Assembly (NCBI GenBank): GCA_977018835.1
Contig: OZ361259.1
Location: forward strand, 1,426,001 to 1,490,000
Length of the DNA stretch: 64,000 nucleotides
Direction of reading: 5' to 3'
Source: Minutocellus sp. GHC0000111
Lineage: Eukaryota
Notes under the pieces: generated by a model
What the model was told of the DNA's origin: nothing
Databases searched by the model: none
Seen by the model: the letters and a program-made list of their open reading frames with translations, nothing else
Program-made: the position numbers and the translations under genes
Shown here: piece after piece, positions 46,189 through 56,340 of the stretch
Layout of the letters: every line of letters starts with the position of its first letter
How positions within the stretch are numbered: the stretch's first letter is position 1

Positions 46189-47612
46189 TTATTCAACAAT
46201 CTCGATGATAGAACCGCGGAACTGGACGTCCATCTTCTTCCGGTTGATACTGAAGTGTAGGGCGGCATCACTGACCCGACGTCCGGTGGTCCTGAGAACT
46301 GACATGCGCATGACCCGCTTCCTCTTGGCAGCTGCCAGCTCATCCAAATCTTCAATCTCACGAAGGAGAATGCCACGGAAAATCTCTCGATAGTCCTCAA
46401 TGGTCAGCTCCTCTTCGTCATCTTCATCGTCTATGTATCCCAAGTGCAAAAGTTTCAGACCAACGACGCCGATGGCATCGTCCAGGGCGGCCTTGTCATC
46501 TTCGCTGGCGGCGTCGTCAATGGGCAGGAACTCCTTTTGGCATCCAAGGACGTAATGTGCGAGGAAGACGAACCACCCAGCCCAAGCAATGCAATTTCGG
46601 TACGTTTTGCAGAGGAATTCTTCGTCCTTGCCTCCCTTCTCGACCATGACCTGGGCATACTCATCCCACAACTTCTCAATGATACCGAGGAAGGCATCAT
46701 CGACCGAAAATGCGTGGCCATTGATGGCATGAGCCAACAGACACGATATTGGCCATGACCATGACAATCCAATATCTCTCCCAATCGGCCCTGCAAACAC
46801 CATCTCAAAGTCACACAGTACCACGTCGCCATTGGGACCGAATCTCTCCAACGTGGCCACGTCGGGCTTGGCCTCTACCAATATGTTGAAGGCATGGGCA
46901 TCGGAATGCACCAAACAATCTCGATCATCATAATTCGCCCTATTGGCATCGATGATTTGGTCGCACATGTCCTTGCCGTACGATTTCGCCAGCTCGGCGA
47001 CACGTCCGCCCTCCCCATCTGGCAGGGCCACCATTTGGTGCAGTTTCTCCTTCATGGCTGGGAAGATGGTGAGCATACACGGGCGGACGTTGGTGTTGAA
47101 TTCCGGATCAAAGTCTGCACAGTGCAGCAAAGCCAGCGTTTCGGCCAACTTTGGGACGGGCCGATGAATTGGTTGGCCCACTGCTCATCGGCGTGGTTGG
47201 TCCACTGCGTCACCAGCAGTTTCATGTCTTGCACATCGACGCATAGGTAGGGAGTGGCAACTGGCGCCTCGTCCATCATGTTGACACACGTATTCATGAT
47301 GACGAATTCATTTTCGGTACGGACCAGGCTGTAGTCCACGTCGGGATCGGGATTCCACAGGGCGTAGGGGAAGCATAGCTTGGCAAAGAGGGCCACGTCG
47401 GGTTGGTTTTGGAGGGAAACCTTGTAGGAAAAGTTGGTACATCCACCGCTGATGACCTTGGCGGTGAGTTGGTCTCCGTCGTTTTCGATGGCAGAGCGGA
47501 TGGTTTGGAATTGATCGAATTTACCAGAAAGATCGGTGACGTGAGAGGTGATGGTTTCCTCCACAAGGGTCAAAAGTTGGGAGGGATCGCTCGGTCTTTC
47601 GTCGGTGGACAT
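46189..47612 (-). CDS. Methylthioribose-kinase-like / APH-family phosphotransferase; frameshift near 47160
   Basis: GGCTNFSYKV, LFAKLCFPYALW, Brenner-type LVHSDAHAFNILV, LCDFEMVFAGPIGRDIG. Confidence 0.78.
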
Positions 47613-48346
47613 TTTCGAATGTAGAAATGTTTGTTATCGATATATATGCTTTTGGATCGGAGGATATCGCATAAGAGTGACTAAAGAGACTGCTGATGGG
47701 GGCGAAGCAGGAGGATATGCTTGGCGAAATGAAGGGCGGATGAGGAGGGGGGGCAGGAAGGTTGCGTTCCAAAAAGTCGGATGTTGCTCAGATCATCAGA
47801 AAGATTGAAAGATATTTCGAATGCTATGGGACCGTTTGGGACGTCCTGACCTTCGTCGGTCTCGGCAACTCGGGAGTAAATTACGTCATTGAAGAACCCA
47901 CATCAGCCACGTTCTACGACCAAATAAAAGGAATTGACTTTCGATTTCCGACGGGACCACCAGGAAAAGCACGCGGCGACATCGCCGACAATGCCTCCGC
48001 TCCACGCACGCCTTTCCCTTTTCGCCGAGCGAGCGATGCCATCTCACTTTTCACGACAAAGGAGGAGCGGAAAGCGAAGACAGTAGTGAATTGAAGATTC
48101 AAGGCAGCGACAAATCGGACCACCGTCTGTATCTATTCGAAAGGTGGCAGTCGTCATCCAAACTTTCGAATTTCTCGCGTATCTGTCGCTCTCCCAATTG
48201 TAGCATATCTTGTGCCGGTTTTCGCTTTCTCAGCGGTCCATCGGCAGGACACCCCCTTCTTCGACTTCTTGTGTGGCGTACAGTCCAGGCGTTCTGCCCG
48301 ATCATCACACACGCACATCGCATCTTACACGTAGTCGCTAGCCAAA

Positions 48347-50911
48347 ATGGGCCTCCAAGATTCTCCCTCTGCCGCTTCAGGTGTATCCTCGGCTACAAGT
48401 ACCGGCGGCGCTGGTCAGCATCCCAAAACCCGCACCAAGAACGAGGGATTCTTCGCCAACCTCGCCAACGCCGCCGCCTCGGCGGGCTCTCGCGCCATCA
48501 GCGCCCTCGATGACGAGAAGCACGACGACGTCAGCACGGCCGCCTCGTCGACGCACGATACTCTAGTCGGGACGCACTTTGTCGCCTCGCTGGGCGGCGA
48601 CGGAGGAGGGGGGGGTCTGGCGGCCGGTTTGGCCCGCATCCGACGAGTCAATTCCGGCGGGGCCATCGACAGCGCCAGGAGAGAAATGGCCAAGGAAGAA
48701 GCTGTCAACAATACCGACATTTCTGCTCGGCGATTCTCGGAAAGTGCCGCCGCCCAATCGGCCCAGATGCTGCAAGACATGCTGAACGATGACTGGTCCG
48801 ACGAGAGTGACGTCGATGAGGACATGCTGCATGGCCATGGAGGTTTGGGAGGGTCGAATCATCAGTACCTTGGCGCCTCGTCCAAGCTTGGCACCACCAC
48901 CAATGCCCTCCTGCAAAAGCAAGAGGAGGAACTCAAGGCTGCCACTGATTCCTTCCGCTCGTCTCGTTCCAATGGCAAGTACACCTACTCCCCTCCCACC
49001 GGAGATGACTCCAACCGTTCCCTTCAAAGCGTTGGCTTGCACAACAATGCCAATACCCAGCACCCATCGTCTTCGAATCGTTCCTCCCCGGTCTCGGCCG
49101 CCTCGTCGGTGACATCCGACCGGCGCCGATCGCGACGGTCCAAGAGCTCGTGGGGGAAGAACCAGCCCATGCGGAAGCCACAGGCACCTCCTTCCTCATC
49201 CAGTGCCGTGTCCTCCATGAGAGGTACCGAAGTGTCCAACAGGCCGACGGTGCCCGTCAACGAGGTGCGGAATGCCTGCACCCTGTCCATCGAGATCATC
49301 GGGTCCAGCTCGACCAACATCGGTATCGGCGATGATGCCAACGGTACGTCTGCGGCTCAGGTCCCTCCTGCCGCTGCCGATGCTAGCATTGGCGGAGGCG
49401 GTTATGGGACCCGTAGACGCCGAAGCAGCCTCCTCGTTGTCAACGATATGCAAGCCAGCACCCTCGAGGCGGAGGCTCGGCAGGCAGTGAAAGATGCCGA
49501 GCAAGCTGCCAAGGACGACGGGGACAACGAGGCGGCCAAGAACAAAAAGCAAACTGGTCATCTGGCATCAGGACCGCTTTTGGCCGAGATCCGTCGTCTG
49601 CTCAACTTGGCGTACGGGTCGGCACCCAACAGGCATGTCGTGGAAGACTTTGCTGTCGTCCCTGCCCAAGGCGATGGATGTGCCATCTGCATCCTCCGCG
49701 CGGCACCAAATCATCCCACCAAGGAATTCACCGCCGTTTGGTTGGCCGCCCGACTTCTGGTGTGGAGCTCGCAGTATGGCAAGGACGAGGCCTACGAGAA
49801 CATGCTCCTTGGCAAAGAAGGCGTCTATGACCCCAACGCTCCCGTTGTCAACCTCCGTTGTGGCATAAATAGCGGCGAAGTGCGCGTTGTCCGCGATGTT
49901 TACGGCGATCCGTCGGTGGTCGGCGAGTCCATCGATCTGAGCTGCCGTATCTGCGATTCGGCCCAGCCCATCCAGATACTCGCTAGTTCTTCGACGGTAA
50001 TTCCCAAGTTGGTCCGTTCGACCATTGGCAACATCGTCAGTGGCATCCGCAGTCTAATGACCACTCGTCGTCGCAGCAGCAACGGTGCTGGCAAGGGCGG
50101 ACATGACAATGACAAGAACTACCACGGCGATAATTCTGGCGTTCGGTGCAATGTGGATATGATCCCCAATGAAATCATCGTTGGGATGAATCAGGGCGCT
50201 ACTAGCCTGGTCCAATCCATCACCTGTTCTGTGGAACAAGTGAAACTAATTGGCAGTGTGAGCCATGGCGACCTCCAGGCTCTTATGGAAGCCACCGAAG
50301 CGACACCCCGCGTCCAAGTTGGGAACAACGCAAAACCACTGACAAAGTGGTACATGAAGATCAAGCCAACCGAACTGGCCGAGGATGAGACGACGGGTAT
50401 GAAGAGTAAAGTACCGCCGACAGACCTAATCCAGAGGCACGTGTCGATTGCCTTTGTCGGAGTCAACCATGATAGGCTGGCACAGGTCTTCTCGCGTGTC
50501 ATTGACGAGGACGAGAGCCTTCGGTGGGAGAGAGTGTACATCCTCTTCCTTAATGACTCCTGTATTGAAAGCCTCCATGTCGCTACCGACGGAAAAGAGT
50601 CGGAGGCCGAGGCCGAGGCCGAGATTCGGAAGAAGAACAAGTCAAGAATTCAGCTCGAGGCAGTTTTGAGCGGCCGGGTCAATGACCTGCGCTTTTACGA
50701 ATACGACCAGCCCTTCTTCTGCGGCAGTTTTTGGGACTGGGATGAACGCGGGGGCTTTATTCATGTATCTCCGCTTGTTTGGGGCTGTAGCCCAAAGCGG
50801 TGTCCCGCCATTAACTACTTTTGGCAAGAGCGAATGCCATCCGCCGACTATCAGAGCTATCGTGATGGATTGAATGGGTTGTTGAAGATGGCTCGGCCCT
50901 TTGATCTCTAG
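48347..50911 (+). CDS. Divergent class III nucleotide cyclase-like domain + uncharacterised C-terminal domain
   Basis: TLSIEIIGSS (beta1), AQGDGCAI, LRCGINSGEVRVVRDVYG, VGESIDLSCRICDSA..QILAS; intronless 854 aa. Confidence 0.7.
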   Translation: MGLQDSPSAASGVSSATSTGGAGQHPKTRTKNEGFFANLANAAASAGSRAISALDDEKHDDVSTAASSTHDTLVGTHFVASLGGDGGGGGLAAGLARIRRVNSGGAIDSARREMAKEEAVNNTDISARRFSESAAAQSAQMLQDMLNDDWSDESDVDEDMLHGHGGLGGSNHQYLGASSKLGTTTNALLQKQEEELKAATDSFRSSRSNGKYTYSPPTGDDSNRSLQSVGLHNNANTQHPSSSNRSSPVSAASSVTSDRRRSRRSKSSWGKNQPMRKPQAPPSSSSAVSSMRGTEVSNRPTVPVNEVRNACTLSIEIIGSSSTNIGIGDDANGTSAAQVPPAAADASIGGGGYGTRRRRSSLLVVNDMQASTLEAEARQAVKDAEQAAKDDGDNEAAKNKKQTGHLASGPLLAEIRRLLNLAYGSAPNRHVVEDFAVVPAQGDGCAICILRAAPNHPTKEFTAVWLAARLLVWSSQYGKDEAYENMLLGKEGVYDPNAPVVNLRCGINSGEVRVVRDVYGDPSVVGESIDLSCRICDSAQPIQILASSSTVIPKLVRSTIGNIVSGIRSLMTTRRRSSNGAGKGGHDNDKNYHGDNSGVRCNVDMIPNEIIVGMNQGATSLVQSITCSVEQVKLIGSVSHGDLQALMEATEATPRVQVGNNAKPLTKWYMKIKPTELAEDETTGMKSKVPPTDLIQRHVSIAFVGVNHDRLAQVFSRVIDEDESLRWERVYILFLNDSCIESLHVATDGKESEAEAEAEIRKKNKSRIQLEAVLSGRVNDLRFYEYDQPFFCGSFWDWDERGGFIHVSPLVWGCSPKRCPAINYFWQERMPSADYQSYRDGLNGLLKMARPFDL

Positions 50912-51105
50912 CATGCTGTTGTCAGTACCTACACTAGGTAAGAGTAGTTTAGCACCTTGAATACATGCTCGCGGCATAGCAGATCTCTACGCTTAGTACA
51001 GTGCTTTGCTACAATTGTACACAAAAACATAAACCACCGTACAATTTTTCAGATTGGCCATGCTCATGAGGGGGCTTGGCCTAGTCTAGCACAAACATGT
51101 TACAT

Positions 51106-54100
51106 CTACACTTCATCTCCGCCGTCAACCTCTTCCGTATCTTCACCAATCTGTTCATTGAAGGATCTATCGATAGCCCAAGCCGCCGCAGCTGCTGCTC
51201 CCTTTGGCGACTCCCCGTCTTCACTGGCCTCCTTCTTGTACTTGCCACTGAGTTCCAGGACACGCTGCCAGTTGTTGTTTTCAATGGCTTGTTCCAGGGC
51301 CTTGATCTTATCGGTGTTGACCGAGCTTCCGCCGATGGATGAGCCGTCGTGCGAAGATGATAAGCGACTGCCGGCACTCTGGAAGTCTGATGATGCAGCA
51401 CTGCTGATACCCCCGTCGACATGGGACGAAGCATCGGAAGAACTCGCGCCATCGAGCATGTTGGCGGCGGCTTCCTCGACCGCTGCCCAATTGCCAGTTT
51501 CAATCGCCACGTCGAGGTCATCGACGAATGATCTGTGGCTCATAGCGTCATCGGCATCAGTGTCGGTTAGGATGCTGGCAGACGCCGATGAAGCGTAGAT
51601 GTCACTGGACACATCGTTCAGGGTATCGCCGGTAATGACGTTCCTCGGAGGAGGCAGAGCGGCGGCGGCAGCAAAGGTTCCGGCATTGTGGCACCCCTGT
51701 CTGAGAACCAGGTACCATACCGCTGATATTGCTTGAAATGTCGGATGGGAGTGAGCTTTGCATCTCCTCCTGGGCGTTCATTGCATCACTACCGAGACTC
51801 CTGCTCTCGACGGAGGAGTCTTCAAGCATCGCAAGATGGTCAATGGCTTCGGAGGCAGACTTGCTCTTTCCACCAAAGCCAAGCTTTCGCTTCCAGGAAG
51901 CCTTTGGAGTAACATCTTCGTCGTAATCAGAAGATGGAGAACTATTGGGGCTCGACTTCTTGGACTCAGCAAGACTGAACAAATTCTTTGGGCTCTTCTT
52001 TCGATTCTTATCCCTCGCAGAAGCGAGGAGCGGACGATCGGCCGAGATATGCGAATTGTTGTCGGACATGGATGCATTTGGATCCAGAAGAGAAGATAAA
52101 TTAACAGCAGCTGCATTGCCCCCTTCTTCTTGGTTGACGAGGTAAGGGTTGGTCGCAAGATTGGAAGATTCTGAGTCAGGCGAGGAGTTATCGGGGGGAC
52201 TTGATGCTACGGGACTATCTTCACTTGAATGCGTGGGGGCAAGTGCGATAGCGTCTTGGTTGTCATTCTGTCCAGACTTTTGAGGTGTTTCACTTTCCTT
52301 CTCAGCAGAAGAGGATGATGCTACTGCAGCTGTGCCGGAAGCAGTCTCGTTGTTGGCTCCTACACCAAAGAGTCGACCGAGGAAGGATTGCGCAGATCTT
52401 GCAGTCTTCTGGCTTGCGTCATCGTTCAAATCCAGAGAATTTCTCATGGAAGCCTCATCCTGATACTGCGAAGCAGCTTCACCGACCTTGTTCCAATCGC
52501 CATGGGCAATCAGTGAGTCGATATGCGCTGCTTTCTTTGCGTCCTCTTGGCTCAAATTCGTGCGATCAACTGTAGATGATGCAACGAAACTGGCTCTAAG
52601 GCTGGACATCTCCGACATAAGGGACTGGTTGTCGTCATTGGCTGTAATGGTATTGGCTTCGGTCAACACGGCTGCCCAGTCACCGGTGTTGAGGGCGGCA
52701 TCGATTCGGTTGAGAGCATCCTTTTGCTCGGGAGAAACGAGAGCTGACTTGATCGCGAGAGATCGATCTGCCTCGCTGGGCTTTTTGCTGATGAAGGAGC
52801 CATCAAAAGATTGGTCGTCGCCATTGCGACTCGAAGTCGCAATAGCAGCCCCCGCCGCGGCGGCAGCACCGGTCATGGCAATTCCAGTATAGCCAATGGT
52901 TGGACCGCTCTTGTCTGGACTGCTATTGGCCGTGGAATTCAGATTGCTGACGACTCCTGAAAGCGAATCGTTCGTCCTTGCCTGGGTGCCTGTTGCGGGC
53001 GTTTCCTCGCTCGCAACAGAACTTCCTCCGAGGCTCCGGCTACAATTCAAGGCCTCACCTTGGGGGCTGAGCTGAGGAACATTCTCAGGTGCTACAATGC
53101 TCGTGAGGCCGTCTTGTGAGGGATGGCTAGTGCTCAGGGAGTCCGGCGGAAGATCAAATAAGAGCTCTGCGAATACCGAGCCAGCCCGATCCTCTTCTTG
53201 CGTTGGAGTTGGTACCCTGGAAGAAGGGGCGATGGATGAAAGTTCGTCGCCAAAGTTTGCTTTCGACGAAGCAAGAATTGCAGCCGTGGCACCGCACGCC
53301 GCCCAATCGCGTGAGCCCTCAGCGGTCATTTCACCAGATGACTGGGGCACCGATGCCGCAAGACTTTCGACCTCGACGTTGTGATCAATTGATGCATCAC
53401 CGTCCTTGGGAATAAGTCCTGTAAGTCCTTGCTGACAGTGGCACTTCGGAGCTCCTGAGCCTCGACATCGTCAATGTCCTGCTCAATACTGACATCGTCT
53501 CCACTTCCTCGACGACGAGACAGGGCGAAAAGTCCGCCAGCAAGTAGCACGGTGAGACAAACCGATAGGGCGGCAATGCCTCCTTTGGATATGGATCTGT
53601 TATCGCCCGTGCCATCGGTACCAAGATTGACAATTGAATCTTGGCCGGCGCCTCCAGATATCCATTCAACCTGGACGAGCCCATCTAGGCCAACCGTTTC
53701 CTCAAATGTATCGGAGATGGGCGCCATGGACACGCGCAGAGGAGTTTGAACGGCGTTGTCGACACTATCTTGGTCCTCGGTATCGGCTTCGGCCTCGACA
53801 CGGACGAGGGAGACGACGAAGACGCAGGACTTTACCACCTCAGCCTCCGGGCAGACGGCGTCGACATAGTTGATGTTTTCAATGGGAGTAGAAGCCGTCG
53901 ACAAGGCAACAGATAGGCGACGCGACACGCCTTGGTCTCGAAGGATGATGGCGATGGTGCTGGCGATTTCAGCGTCGTGATCCGATGCCAACGTCTCCGC
54001 GGTAGTGGATTCATCGCTAAAGTCCATTCGGTAGGTGAAGAAAACATCAAAGTACTCAGTAGTCTTGGTGGCGGTTGTATCATCGTCCAGATCAATGTCG

Positions 54101-55060
54101 AGGTCATCGACACTGATAACAGTCGGTGCCATAACCGGAGCGGCTGTGGTAGGCAAATCCGCAGTGGGCGTTCCTTCTGCGGAAGGATAGCTCACAGGCG
54201 CCAAGGTGAGGCTGCTGCTGCCGTTATCGGCAGACGCGGTGGGCTGGTCAGGTGTTGGGCTTGCCACTAAGAAAGATACAGGGCTCGATTCGGTCGGAGA
54301 GGCCACGGGCGACGGGTCAGTAGTAGGGGCAGTACCGTCGTTATCGTCGGTGCCTGCAAAAAACGTCGAACGAATTAGTGATGTGAGCAAGTGCTTGGAA
54401 CGAGGAGAATTGCTAAAATATAACCCGAGATTTGTTCGCCACTTGACTTACCACCCTCACTTCCATCCTCAGCATCTTCGGTGACATCGTCCTCCTTAAC
54501 AATGCCCTGTCGGACAACATCGGCATACACGTCGCTGCGCATGTCGGTTACCTGAGTCCGTATCTCATCCTCGTTCTTTCCATTCCGCTTCAGCTTGAAT
54601 CCAAACTCTCCATCGGACCGATCGTTGCCGCTGGCCTCCAAGTCGTTGAGACATTCGTCAACCTCGCTGGAATCATGCGTCTGATCGCGGGTAGTGCAGA
54701 TGCCCCACACGAACTTGACTTGGGTCTGTAGATATGTTGATTTCATCGGGATGAGTTACAATGTGAGCCAGTGAAGCAACAAATAAAAAGTAGAAACTAC
54801 CATGGTACAGCACGCAATAGTACAGTTCGCGCATGAGGATTAAGCAAGAAAACCACCCAAGCCAAACTCACCGTCCAGTAGAGGTTGTGAAACATGAGGC
54901 CCTTGGCCTCGCCATCCGTCAGTCCATTAAAAAACTCGGCAAATTCCACCTGCGAAATGAGCAGATCGTCCGTGTTGGGGGATGACATGAGAGCCGATAC
55001 GCACTCCTCCGTGAATTCCATCTGTGCCTCCGATTCCTCCAAATGACGGTACGGTCCGGG
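51106..55060 (-). CDS. Large type I membrane protein: RXL ectodomain, Pro/Thr stalk, SEA-like domain, TM, Ser-rich tail with GDW repeats; introns 54726-54871 and 54354-54451; frameshifts near 53390 and 51640; 5' end missing
   Basis: RHLEES..ECVSALM..EFAEFFN..WT|TQVKFVWGIC..EG|GTDDND..RRLS..TM GGIAALSVCLTVLLAGGLFALSRRR; splice phases join in frame. Confidence 0.65.
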
Positions 55061-55070
55061 CGCATCGTCA

Positions 55071-56282
55071 ATGGTTGCCACGGCGCTAGCATGGGCTCGT
55101 CTGTCGCACACCCGAAATCGCTTCGTGTTTGCCATCTCGGTGCTGGACATCCCCTTTTCCCTAATGTTCGCCTTGGGGCCAATTCTGATGCCCCGCGGCG
55201 CGCACGACGATAGCATAGGAAACGACGCAACGTGCAGCATGCAGGGGTGGTTCCTCCAGACGGGATACGGCCAGCCCATCTACAACGCCTTCTTTATGAT
55301 GTACTTTGCCATGCAAATCATGGCCGGGGCGAGATCAAACCCTGGCAGCGGATCATCATTGTCGTCATCATTGTCGTCACTGGCGTCTCGCCTGTATGAA
55401 CCCATCGCCCATGTCGTCTCGATCGGATTTGCCATTGGAACTGCCACAGCCGGGCTTTTCGTTCAGAATGGTCTGTACGGCCAAACGCCCATTATTGGCC
55501 GATGCTTGGTTGTGGCCAGCCCCTTTCTTTGCAACAAAAACAAGAGGATGGACTGTGAGAGTGGATGGAACTACGAAGCCTATCAGCGTGGCTTTCAGAC
55601 GATACCAACGCTGGTCGGTCTTGCCATTCAGTTATCCACGCTGGTGATAATTTCAGCTTACGTGGTTTGTCACGCCCTCAAAATGAAGAGGAAGCACCAA
55701 GATCGGTTGCGACAATCGGGCATTACCACCAACGTCGCCGACAAATCATCTTCACGGGACAGCACCAGAAGCATCAGCGGCGGCGGCAACTCATCGTACT
55801 CGAGGGAAGTCGTTACTACAGCCATAATATACGGATTGGTATTCTTCAACACCTACTTTTGGTCGGCCATCGTCTTTCTCATGAGTTGGATGAAGGCCGA
55901 GTTCTGGATACGTTGCATGGCGGTTGCATTTCAACCCAGTCAAGGATTGTTCAATTTTTTCATCCAACTCCGGCCACGATTTAGGGATGTGAGGAGGGCA
56001 TATCCCGGCTTATGGTGGTGGAAGGTCGTATGGGTGGCCGTTGTCCGTGGGAGCTATGATTTACCTTCGAGTGCAAACGGCAGATCAACCGCTACCGTAT
56101 CCAGGAGCACGAGTGCTAGAAGAAGAAAGTCTACTTCTTCATTGGATAGCCTTCGCTCATTTGGAAGGAAACTGTCCAGCTTTTCATCGAGACGATTTTC
56201 CAACCCATCATCACTTGGTGATAGCGATGATGATAGCGACGATGATGATGAAAACGTCGCTAGCAATGAACCAAATCTGTAA
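55071..56282 (+). CDS. Diatom-type GPCR-like 7TM receptor (TM1 appears truncated)
   Basis: RNRFVFAISVLDI, GNDATCSMQGWF, YNAFF.YF, YEPIAH, REVVTTA..Y, PSQGLFNFFIQLRPR; cAMP-receptor-like layout. Confidence 0.75.
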   Translation: MVATALAWARLSHTRNRFVFAISVLDIPFSLMFALGPILMPRGAHDDSIGNDATCSMQGWFLQTGYGQPIYNAFFMMYFAMQIMAGARSNPGSGSSLSSSLSSLASRLYEPIAHVVSIGFAIGTATAGLFVQNGLYGQTPIIGRCLVVASPFLCNKNKRMDCESGWNYEAYQRGFQTIPTLVGLAIQLSTLVIISAYVVCHALKMKRKHQDRLRQSGITTNVADKSSSRDSTRSISGGGNSSYSREVVTTAIIYGLVFFNTYFWSAIVFLMSWMKAEFWIRCMAVAFQPSQGLFNFFIQLRPRFRDVRRAYPGLWWWKVVWVAVVRGSYDLPSSANGRSTATVSRSTSARRRKSTSSLDSLRSFGRKLSSFSSRRFSNPSSLGDSDDDSDDDDENVASNEPNL

Positions 56283-56340
56283 GGGAAACGATAGGAAATT
56301 CTTGTATAATAAAGCATTATAAAGTAAAGTTTTACGCATT

